The notes below the pieces were generated by a model, which saw nothing but the letters and a program-made list of their open reading frames with translations, did not search any database and was not told the origin of the DNA. 64,000 bases of DNA from a virus, in the IMG/VR virus record IMGVR_UViG_3300034954_001721. The stretch is one strand, 5' to 3'. Below are positions 50,967 through 59,071 of this stretch, piece by piece; position 1 is the first letter of the stretch, and every line of letters begins with the position of its first letter. The position numbers and the translations under genes were made by a program.

Positions 50967-51902
50967 ATGTCTTTCGCAGACCTTAAAAAGCAATCCAAAC
51001 TGGGCTCCCTGACTCAAAAACTGGTCAAGGAAGTTGAAAAGATGAACAACAACGGTGGCGGTTCCGCCGATGACCGTTTCTGGAAACTGGAGTGTGATAA
51101 GAGCGGCAATGGTTATGCCGTCATCCGTTTCCTTCCTGCTCCTAACGGAGAAGATCTTCCCTTCGTCAAACTGTACTCTCATGCCTTCCAAGGTCCTGGC
51201 GGTTGGTACATTGAAAACTCTCTGACCACTCTGGGTCAGAAAGATCCTGTGTCTGAGTACAACTCTATGCTGTGGAACAACGGCACTGATGCAGGCAAAG
51301 ATGCTGCTCGTAAGCAGAAGCGTAAACTGACTTACATCAGCAACATCTATGTTGTGAAGGATCCTGCTAACCCTCAAAATGAAGGTCGTGTGATGCTGTA
51401 CAAGTACGGTAAGAAAATCTTTGACAAGATCACTGCCGCAATGCAACCCGAGTTCGAGGACGAGGAAGCAATCGATCCGTTTGACTTCTGGCAGGGTGCC
51501 AACTTCAAACTGAAGGCAAAGAACGTTGCTGGTTACCGTAACTATGACTCTTCTGAGTTTGCACGTCAAGATGCACTTCTAGAAGATGATGACGCTATGG
51601 AAGCAATCTGGAAGAAGCAGTCTTCTCTGTCTGAGTTCACTGCTGCTGACCAGTTCAAGGACTACGACGCACTGAAAAAGCGTCTGGACTATGTGCTGGG
51701 TAACAAAGGCACTCCTCGCTTCCACGACGAAGAGACTGTTATGGAAGAAGAACAGTTCCGTCGTGAGAACCGTGGTGCTACTCCTGCAGTGACTTCTACC
51801 CCTGGTGACTTTAATGCAGAAGACATCATTGCTCCTAGTTCCGCTTCAACCGTTGAAGAGGATGACACTCTGGCATACTTTGCTCGTCTTGCCGAAGAGT
51901 GA
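50967..51902 (+). CDS. gp32: Single-stranded DNA-binding protein gp32
   Basis: DDRFWKL..DKSGNGYAVIRFLPA, WYIENS, NYDSSEF; acidic tail. Confidence 0.95.
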   Translation: MSFADLKKQSKLGSLTQKLVKEVEKMNNNGGGSADDRFWKLECDKSGNGYAVIRFLPAPNGEDLPFVKLYSHAFQGPGGWYIENSLTTLGQKDPVSEYNSMLWNNGTDAGKDAARKQKRKLTYISNIYVVKDPANPQNEGRVMLYKYGKKIFDKITAAMQPEFEDEEAIDPFDFWQGANFKLKAKNVAGYRNYDSSEFARQDALLEDDDAMEAIWKKQSSLSEFTAADQFKDYDALKKRLDYVLGNKGTPRFHDEETVMEEEQFRRENRGATPAVTSTPGDFNAEDIIAPSSASTVEEDDTLAYFARLAEE

Positions 51903-51970
51903 AGTCTGATTACACAACATACCGTGTAACTAAATCCGATGCCGCAGATTTACTTCTGCGGTTTCATTAT
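51899..51970 (+). pseudogene. Orphaned 5' fragment of the Mom-like gene
   Basis: VKSDYTTYRVTKSDAADLLLRFHY aligns with MKLDFYIDRVTKSQSAELLLKYHY at 52376. Confidence 0.7.
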
Positions 51971-51980
51971 TTTTTTTATT

Positions 51981-52379
51981 ATGAAAAATCCTTGGAAAGC
52001 ACTTGTTCAAAAAGCAAAAACTGCTGCCCGTCCTGGACAAGAAAAGAAAAATGGAATTAAAAGAACAGAACCATTAGATGTTACTATTGATGAACAGTAT
52101 CTTATTCATCAATTTACTAGACAAAAAGGCATGTGTTACTGGACGGATTTTCCTATTGACCCACAGGGTATTTTTATAAGTCCCAATCCTCTTGCTCCCA
52201 GTTTAGAGAGATTAGATGAATCCCTTGGATATGTTCCAGGGAATGTTGTTATTGCTTTAAGACTTTTTAATCTTGGTAGACAGCGTTGTCCAGAGTCTAT
52301 GTTCAAAGAACAAGTACAATTGTTAAAAAATCATTTTTCTGGTGTTGATACTAGAAATGCGTTAGAAAAAATGTTATGA
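51981..52379 (+). CDS. Putative HNH-like (homing) endonuclease
   Basis: QKGMCYWT...PSLERLDESLGYVPGNVV...FN, ββα-Me-like pattern. Confidence 0.6.
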   Translation: MKNPWKALVQKAKTAARPGQEKKNGIKRTEPLDVTIDEQYLIHQFTRQKGMCYWTDFPIDPQGIFISPNPLAPSLERLDESLGYVPGNVVIALRLFNLGRQRCPESMFKEQVQLLKNHFSGVDTRNALEKML

Positions 52380-52993
52380 AATTAGATTTTTATATAGACC
52401 GTGTAACCAAATCACAATCAGCAGAACTACTTTTAAAATATCACTATCTAAAGGATATTTCTAAAGATTTCAAATCTGGATACAATTATGGTCTTTATGA
52501 AAATAATGATTTTAGTCCACTCAATATCGGTGGCATCAAGGGAGTCTGTATCTTTACGGGTCTCCCCGTTCCAGAAATAGCACAAGGAGCATTCGGTCTA
52601 GACCGAAATGAACAAGAAGGTCTCTTTGAACTTTCACGACTTTGTATTCACCCTGACACACAACAAACAGAATATAATATTACTTCCTGGTTCGTATCCA
52701 GATGTATCAAACAGTTACGCAGAGAGACTAAAGTTAGGGCAATCATTTCTTACGCTGATAGCGACTTTCATGGTGGTACAATCTATCGAGCTTGTAACTT
52801 TAAATATTGTGGGCTTACAGATGCTAAAAAAGACTTCTATTATGCAGACGGTACCAAGCACTCACGCGGCAAAATGAAAGGTGTTGAGGGAGAATGGAAA
52901 TATCGATCCCGTAAACACCGATATGTAATGGTATTTGATAAAAAATTAGATCTCTTATGGACCGATGAGTCTAGTGTTGTCAGTCTTAATTAA
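52376..52993 (+). CDS. Mom-like GNAT-fold DNA modification protein
   Basis: HYL, ELSRLCI, IISYADS..HGGTIYRACNFKYCG, KHRY. Confidence 0.7.
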   Translation: MKLDFYIDRVTKSQSAELLLKYHYLKDISKDFKSGYNYGLYENNDFSPLNIGGIKGVCIFTGLPVPEIAQGAFGLDRNEQEGLFELSRLCIHPDTQQTEYNITSWFVSRCIKQLRRETKVRAIISYADSDFHGGTIYRACNFKYCGLTDAKKDFYYADGTKHSRGKMKGVEGEWKYRSRKHRYVMVFDKKLDLLWTDESSVVSLN

Positions 52994-53662
52994 TCTTTCA
53001 TTGATAAACTGAGAACTTTCACTATAGTTCATAATAGTTCTTATTTCACTCAAATATTGTCCCAAGTATTTTGATTTTAATAAGAATATCTTTCTCTTCT
53101 TTTCATTTTGAATTGTTTCATAAACAAAGTTTGAAATACCAATTACTGGATTGATGTCACCTGTTCCTGTGTACTTAGTATTTTCATATGCACCTGTTGC
53201 AACATAACTATTACCTGTGATAGTAGCATCATAGGGTGCAGGAATAGAAAAATCTTGGTCAACTCTCTGACCAGGAGGAAGAATTAACCGACCCTTGGAG
53301 TCTTTTACTTCGAGGGTTTCATAATGATGAATATCATTTAATTTTGTACCATATTTGTTTTCTGCATAAACGTAGAGATCTTTATTGGAGAGTGGCCATT
53401 GGTCTCTAATGTTTGTTATACCTGCAGTTAATACAACAACCCAGTCCAATTCAGAGGAACCATAAAATGTTTCTGCAATCGTGTCTGGTCGTTGACCTTG
53501 AAGAATAGTATACTTAGAATATAAAGTTGTTTTATCTTGAATAGAATCTCTAACCTTTACTCTACGGAAAAGATTTTTGATAGCAACATATTCTTTTGAA
53601 GAAATTTTATGTTGAAGATTTGACTGATATGCAATATCAGGTAGTTCTCTAAAATAAGACAT
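52955..53662 (-). CDS. gp53: Baseplate wedge protein gp53
   Basis: YFRELP, KNLFRR, RPDTIA..FYG..LDWVV, WPL, HHYET. Confidence 0.85.
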   Translation of the reverse strand: MSYFRELPDIAYQSNLQHKISSKEYVAIKNLFRRVKVRDSIQDKTTLYSKYTILQGQRPDTIAETFYGSSELDWVVVLTAGITNIRDQWPLSNKDLYVYAENKYGTKLNDIHHYETLEVKDSKGRLILPPGQRVDQDFSIPAPYDATITGNSYVATGAYENTKYTGTGDINPVIGISNFVYETIQNEKKRKIFLLKSKYLGQYLSEIRTIMNYSESSQFINERLIKTDNTRLIGP

Positions 53663-54774
53663 CAGTAACCTACTCCTGTACCAGCTGCGAGTGCTGTATC
53701 ACCTTCTACTTCATAATCATCAGCATAAATTGGATTGATTTCTTTAAATGTAAATTGCATGGTCATATGAACTGGTGTTCCATCATCATATGTTGCATAA
53801 GTATTTGACCCAGTATAATTAACTGACATATCTGTTACTACGCCAGTTTTCATTTTGTTCAAGAATGGATGTGGATCTGTACCAGACATATATCTCAATT
53901 TAAATAGTTTGGGAGATTTAATAAAGATCGCAGGATTCTCTCCTTTTCTTGGCATCATTCCTCGTTTAATTGTTCGTATTATTAGTGCAACTTCATTTGC
54001 TTCATCAGGATTTCTAGGTGCAAAATCAAAGGCAAATGGGAAAGACCTTAGAGTGACATTATTGAAGAGTAACTCTAAATTTGATTGTAGAATTTGACCA
54101 CTTGCTCTGGTGATAATTGATTGTGGATTTACATTAGCACCTAATTGATTGATTGCTACTGACGATAATCCATCTTTTAATGCCCTTATTTCATTAGGAC
54201 CAACTCCCAGTCCTTTTAAATCTTTAAATACTTCAGTTACATCTTCAGTACCAAAGGGTCTTATCTGACCAGTCTTAGCGTCGGGTACAATAGCACCTGC
54301 AGCCTTAAGACCAGCGACTTGTAAAGGATTTAAAGAATCTTCAGCATATCCAACAGACATAGCGTCAGAGATACTTTGTGGCATCGGCAGATATATCTGC
54401 TGAAGATTGGTCATCAATTTTTTCTCTTCTTCAGTACCTTCTAGAATCTTTTCTATTTTATCCGCTTTGTTTCCTAGTCCAGAAAGCAAATCTGTTAACT
54501 TTTGACCCTTAGTATCTTTATCAGTCAGTCCATAAATGTCTTGATTACTTTCATAATCAAATATTGACATTGACAAATAATCTGCAGTTGCGTCAAGTCT
54601 TTGCTTTGGATATCTCAACACTAAAGGGTCATTATTCGTACCCTGAGTACCAGCATCTGGAGTAGTTGCAGTTTGATTTGATTGTCCGGCAAGAATTTCG
54701 GCAGCACTGAATCCATTAAATGAAAGTGGATTTGTAAATGAATCTGCTATTAATGCACTATAGTCGTCTTCCAT
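53662..54774 (-). CDS. gp48: Baseplate tail-tube cap gp48
   Basis: LRYP, IYLPMP, ELLFNNVTLRSF.F.F.P, FKE; synteny. Confidence 0.75.
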   Translation of the reverse strand: MEDDYSALIADSFTNPLSFNGFSAAEILAGQSNQTATTPDAGTQGTNNDPLVLRYPKQRLDATADYLSMSIFDYESNQDIYGLTDKDTKGQKLTDLLSGLGNKADKIEKILEGTEEEKKLMTNLQQIYLPMPQSISDAMSVGYAEDSLNPLQVAGLKAAGAIVPDAKTGQIRPFGTEDVTEVFKDLKGLGVGPNEIRALKDGLSSVAINQLGANVNPQSIITRASGQILQSNLELLFNNVTLRSFPFAFDFAPRNPDEANEVALIIRTIKRGMMPRKGENPAIFIKSPKLFKLRYMSGTDPHPFLNKMKTGVVTDMSVNYTGSNTYATYDDGTPVHMTMQFTFKEINPIYADDYEVEGDTALAAGTGVGY

Positions 54775-54797
54775 TATGGACGGTACTTTTTAAGTAT

Positions 54798-55337
54798 TTA
54801 GCTACTCATTGCAAAATCTGCTAAAGGAAGCATAAGAACATCCCTTAACTCAGATGGGTAGATTTCATAAATGCCATCAGTCACTACTTCATTAGCAAGA
54901 TATCGTCTTACTGACTGACCTTTACCTAACCAATGATAATTTTCTGCAATCCAACCATCTTCTAGTGGTGTACGCATCTGAACTACAGGATTTTTATCAT
55001 ATCTTATACCAGGTGTGATTGCACGATAGCGATAAACATATAACTTACCAGGTATTGGTGCATCTGCTTTATCCAATACTTTTATCAGTTCGTTGATTAC
55101 AATATCTGGGTCTCTGACACCCGTCACATTGTTTGTTACTACACGAATTCTATTTCTGTTCGTGTCAGTATCAGTTGGTCTATTTTTAGCAGGTCTTGGG
55201 TCTCTACGTATCCCATCATCATATACATTAGAACCAACTTCAATATTAAGATCGCTACTAGAAGTTACCTCACCAGTTTCGTAAATATAAAAATATTTGC
55301 TTCCAATTTTACCACCAGACTTAATGGTTCGTGCCAT
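54798..55337 (-). CDS. gp2-like (DNA end protector-like) protein
   Basis: PGKLYVYRY...YDKNP...NYHWL; sits between gp4 and gp48. Confidence 0.45.
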   Translation of the reverse strand: MARTIKSGGKIGSKYFYIYETGEVTSSSDLNIEVGSNVYDDGIRRDPRPAKNRPTDTDTNRNRIRVVTNNVTGVRDPDIVINELIKVLDKADAPIPGKLYVYRYRAITPGIRYDKNPVVQMRTPLEDGWIAENYHWLGKGQSVRRYLANEVVTDGIYEIYPSELRDVLMLPLADFAMSS

Positions 55338-55774
55338 TACTTGATACCTAATTCTTTTTCAGTTAATACTTTGAACTCCCACATTCTATCTTCACAAAAT
55401 TCTCTCGCTGCTTTCCACTTCGCTTGATTCTTAGCGTATTCGTATGCCTCGTTAAGATACTTCTTTGTTTGTCTTTTTGGTTTTGATGGAGGAGAACATT
55501 GTTTTAGTGGTTTAATTTCAATCAGTGATCGTTTGATTCTACCACCAACGTCTTTATACTTAATGTAGAAGTCTGGGAAGTATCTATGAATTCTATTATC
55601 AACAGGTGAACGATATGGGAGAACAATCTCTTCACTACCCCACTCTAATATATTTTCGTTATTATCACAGTAAACCATGAACTTTCGTTCCCATAAGGAA
55701 CGATAAACAATATTGGTTGGGTCACCCTTATATTTCTTGGGATGTGATGGTGAATATTTTCCCTTGTATGACAT
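55337..55774 (-). CDS. gp4: Head completion nuclease gp4
   Basis: KYKGDP..IVYRSLWE, HRYFPDF, IEIKP, NQAKW.AA. Confidence 0.9.
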   Translation of the reverse strand: MSYKGKYSPSHPKKYKGDPTNIVYRSLWERKFMVYCDNNENILEWGSEEIVLPYRSPVDNRIHRYFPDFYIKYKDVGGRIKRSLIEIKPLKQCSPPSKPKRQTKKYLNEAYEYAKNQAKWKAAREFCEDRMWEFKVLTEKELGIK

Positions 55775-55809
55775 CTAAATAACTAATAATCTCATATAAG
55801 ATATTTAGA

Positions 55810-56682
55810 GTGCCTAGACCGTTTCCCAAAAAGATATCGCAGATAAAACCTCTTATATCAAACGTAGCACTTACATCAAACTATTTGGTACAGTTTGGTG
55901 GATTTACTCCAAAGTTAATGACATATCTCAAACAAAGAGGTATGGATAGTAGATTTCTTGGAGAAGAAATTGGTCTTCTTTGTTCTAGAGGATCTTTACC
56001 TGGAAGTAGTTTTGCTACAGCAGATATTATAGGAAATTTTCAAGGTGTCACCGAGAGGATGATACACACAAGACAATTTGTCCAGATGGATTTGGACTTT
56101 TATGTTGATAATGAGTATCGTGCATTAAAGTTTCTTGAACATTGGATGGAATTTGCTTCTAGTGGTTCCACTACTGGTCTTGATGCTCAAGATCCAGTAA
56201 AGAGAGGTTATTATTTTAGAATGAGATATCCTGATGAATATAAATGTGATTATACTAAAATTGTAAAATTTGAAAAGGATTACAAGAGATATATTGAGTA
56301 TAGATTTATTGGATTGTTCCCAATATCATTGAATGCCACTACAGTTTCATATGAAGGATCGCAGATACTAAAAGCAACTGCATCATTTAACTATGAACGT
56401 TATATTGCAGGACAATCATATTCTATCAATTACGCTACTGGGACAGATAATAATAAAGAAGGAGCGACTACTGGAAATCCAGGTAATGCTGGAGATTATG
56501 CTTCCACAGTTTTAGATACTGGAATCACATTACCTGCTGACGGAAGTTTTAATAATCTTGCAGGTCTTTTCAATAATAGTTCTAGTGCTAGTGCATTTAA
56601 TATATCTAATAGTTCGATATTGAACAGTCAATTTGATAGTAGTCCCAGTGTGTATGATTCAACATTTGAAATCAACATTTGA
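55810..56682 (+). CDS. Tail-tube-like baseplate protein (gp54/gp19-like)
   Basis: SLPG, FYVD, LEHW, LFP, F.Y pattern of the tube fold; GTG start. Confidence 0.6.
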   Translation: MPRPFPKKISQIKPLISNVALTSNYLVQFGGFTPKLMTYLKQRGMDSRFLGEEIGLLCSRGSLPGSSFATADIIGNFQGVTERMIHTRQFVQMDLDFYVDNEYRALKFLEHWMEFASSGSTTGLDAQDPVKRGYYFRMRYPDEYKCDYTKIVKFEKDYKRYIEYRFIGLFPISLNATTVSYEGSQILKATASFNYERYIAGQSYSINYATGTDNNKEGATTGNPGNAGDYASTVLDTGITLPADGSFNNLAGLFNNSSSASAFNISNSSILNSQFDSSPSVYDSTFEINI

Positions 56683-56731
56683 ATTCTTCTGATTCCCATC
56701 TAAATAATTTCACTGATGTGCAAGGATTGTA

Positions 56732-57448
56732 ATGCCTTTACCAAAAATTAATACACCAACTTATGAGTTGGTGATTCCTTCAACTGGAAAAAAAGTTAAG
56801 TATAGACCTTTTCTAGTCAAGGAAGAAAAGATTCTTATTATGGCAATGGAAAGTGAAGATACTGTACAAATAACTAATGCCGTTAAAGATGTAATTAAAA
56901 GTTGCATTAGCACCCGTGGTGTTAAAGTTGAAGAACTTGCAACATTTGATATTGAATATTTGTTCCTCAATATTCGTGGTAAATCTGTAGGTGAAGAGGT
57001 TGAAGTTCTTGTAACTTGTCCTGATGATGGTGTAACAAAAGTTCCAACAACGATTGCACTTGATGATATTATGATTCAAGTTGATGAAAATCATTCTCGT
57101 GATATTAGATTAGATGAGAATCTAACTTTGAGAATGAAGTATCCATCAATGGATCAGTTTGTGAAAACTAACTTTGCAATGTCCGATATTAATGTAGATG
57201 ATACCTTTGAAATTATTGGTTCATGTATTGAACAAATTTATAATGAAGAGGAATCTTGGTCTGCAAAAGACTGTACCAAGAAAGAGATTCGTGACTTTCT
57301 TGAGCAACTTAGTTCTAAGCAATTCAAAGAAGTTGAAGATTTCTTTGTAACCATGCCAAAGTTGTCTCATACTATTAAGGTAAAAAATCCTAACACTGAA
57401 GTTGAAAATGATATCTTATTGGAAGGGTTAGCATCTTTTTTCGCATAA
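56732..57448 (+). CDS. gp26: Baseplate hub assembly protein, gp26-like
   Basis: MPLPK..PTYEL, YRPFLVKEEK, RGKSVGE, GLASFF. Confidence 0.85.
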   Translation: MPLPKINTPTYELVIPSTGKKVKYRPFLVKEEKILIMAMESEDTVQITNAVKDVIKSCISTRGVKVEELATFDIEYLFLNIRGKSVGEEVEVLVTCPDDGVTKVPTTIALDDIMIQVDENHSRDIRLDENLTLRMKYPSMDQFVKTNFAMSDINVDDTFEIIGSCIEQIYNEEESWSAKDCTKKEIRDFLEQLSSKQFKEVEDFFVTMPKLSHTIKVKNPNTEVENDILLEGLASFFA

Positions 57449-57450
57449 GT

Positions 57451-57630
57451 ATGGCTCATACTGACCTTGAGTCATACTTCCGAATTAATTTTGCCTTGAT
57501 GCATCATCATAAATACTCTTTGACAGAGTTAGAAAATATGATACCTTGGGAGAAAGAAATTTATCTTACTTTCCTCCAACAGTATATTGAAGAAGAAAAC
57601 CTGAAGGCACAACAACAGCAGAATGGTTAA
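57451..57630 (+). CDS. gp51: Baseplate hub assembly catalyst, gp51-like (not in ORF track)
   Basis: YFRINFALMHHHKYSLTELENMIPWEKEIY. Confidence 0.8.
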   Translation: MAHTDLESYFRINFALMHHHKYSLTELENMIPWEKEIYLTFLQQYIEEENLKAQQQQNG

Positions 57631-59071
57631 TTCAGCACTAATAGGAAGAAGAACAACAATATCTGCTGCTGCATTTACTGGTAGGGCAGTTGCTCCTGGT
57701 GCTGTTGCACAACCAGATCCTACTACAACTGCATTAATTAATAAGAATTCATTACAGTTAGGTGTTGTATCCAATCAAATACAAAATTTGACTGCCCAAG
57801 TGAATTCTTTGTCGGGTTCTATGACTGTGATTGCTAATAGTTTAGCAACATCTCAAGCATTAGAAAGAAGAAAGGAACAGCAAGAATTATTACTTGAGAG
57901 AAGATTAGCAGAACAACAACTGAGAGAAGGTAAAGAGTCTGCAATTGAGAAAAAAATACAAACAAAAACAATTGCACCTGCAGAGAGATTATCAGGCAGA
58001 GCACAAATTACTTTAGGAAGACTTGGTAACTTCTTCTTTACATTATTAGGTGGATGGTTAGCAATAAATGCAATAAAAGTATTAAATGCTCTCAGTGATG
58101 GAAACGAAAAAGAATTAAGAAGATTACAAGATAGTATTGTATCCAATCTAGTTAAGATTGGATCTGTAATGCTAGCAGGTAAAGCAGCATTAGCATTACT
58201 CACTTTAAGATTTAAAGCTTTTGCTCTTCTTGCTGGTGGTGCTGCTATAGCAAATTATTTCTCAGATCCAATTGCACAGTTTATCAATACAGTAATTGAA
58301 GCTGCAAAGCAGGGTCTTCCAGGATTATTCAATTTATTTAAGGGAGCTCCTATAGATGATCCAACAACACCCCCTTCTAAATTAAATTTACCAGATACTC
58401 CAAATGGCAATGAAAATAATGGTAATAATCAGCAAGAACCACCTGATGAAGGACCTCCACCAATAGAAGGTCTTGATCCAACGACGCCACCAGATAATCT
58501 AAATGGAACTGGTGGTCCATCTTTAGATCCAAATATACAACCAATTACTCCTGTAATGGGTAGACAACCCATGTCAGCAGGTCAACTGGCAGGCAATGAG
58601 GAAGGAGCACCAATAGATCCAGATGTACCAGCGGAGTATGGTGAAACTGAGATGAATGTTAATGTAGAACCAGCAAATGTTCCTATTGAAGGTGACCCCT
58701 CTGCCGGATTAGAACCTGGTCAGATTACACAAGGTGACACTACATTATCGGATATGGGATATAGTGTCGGTGAGATACAAAGATTTGTAGACCAGGAGAA
58801 ATATATTGGTAGAACAGGACAACTTCCTGCAAATATGTTTACTCCTATAAGTAGAGATGATTCTGTTGCAAGAACTATAGCACAATCAACTGAACCAGGT
58901 GTAACGGTTGTCCCCATACCTATAGAACAGGCGCAAGCACAAGAAACACAACCAATTGAGACTCCTGCTGCTCAGGGTGCCATTTCTGGTGTTCCAAATA
59001 TACCAACTGCAAATAAAGATAACATTTATCTGCTTGGTGCATATTCTAACTTTAACGTGGTACCTAGCTAA
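57623..59071 (+). CDS. Tail/baseplate protein, tape-measure-like
   Basis: Coiled coil, hydrophobic helices, Pro-rich disordered C-terminal half. Confidence 0.5.
   Translation: MVNSALIGRRTTISAAAFTGRAVAPGAVAQPDPTTTALINKNSLQLGVVSNQIQNLTAQVNSLSGSMTVIANSLATSQALERRKEQQELLLERRLAEQQLREGKESAIEKKIQTKTIAPAERLSGRAQITLGRLGNFFFTLLGGWLAINAIKVLNALSDGNEKELRRLQDSIVSNLVKIGSVMLAGKAALALLTLRFKAFALLAGGAAIANYFSDPIAQFINTVIEAAKQGLPGLFNLFKGAPIDDPTTPPSKLNLPDTPNGNENNGNNQQEPPDEGPPPIEGLDPTTPPDNLNGTGGPSLDPNIQPITPVMGRQPMSAGQLAGNEEGAPIDPDVPAEYGETEMNVNVEPANVPIEGDPSAGLEPGQITQGDTTLSDMGYSVGEIQRFVDQEKYIGRTGQLPANMFTPISRDDSVARTIAQSTEPGVTVVPIPIEQAQAQETQPIETPAAQGAISGVPNIPTANKDNIYLLGAYSNFNVVPS

Noticed and set aside
50847-51569. 240-aa antisense ORF over gp32
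   Set aside because: Shadow of a strongly codon-biased core gene
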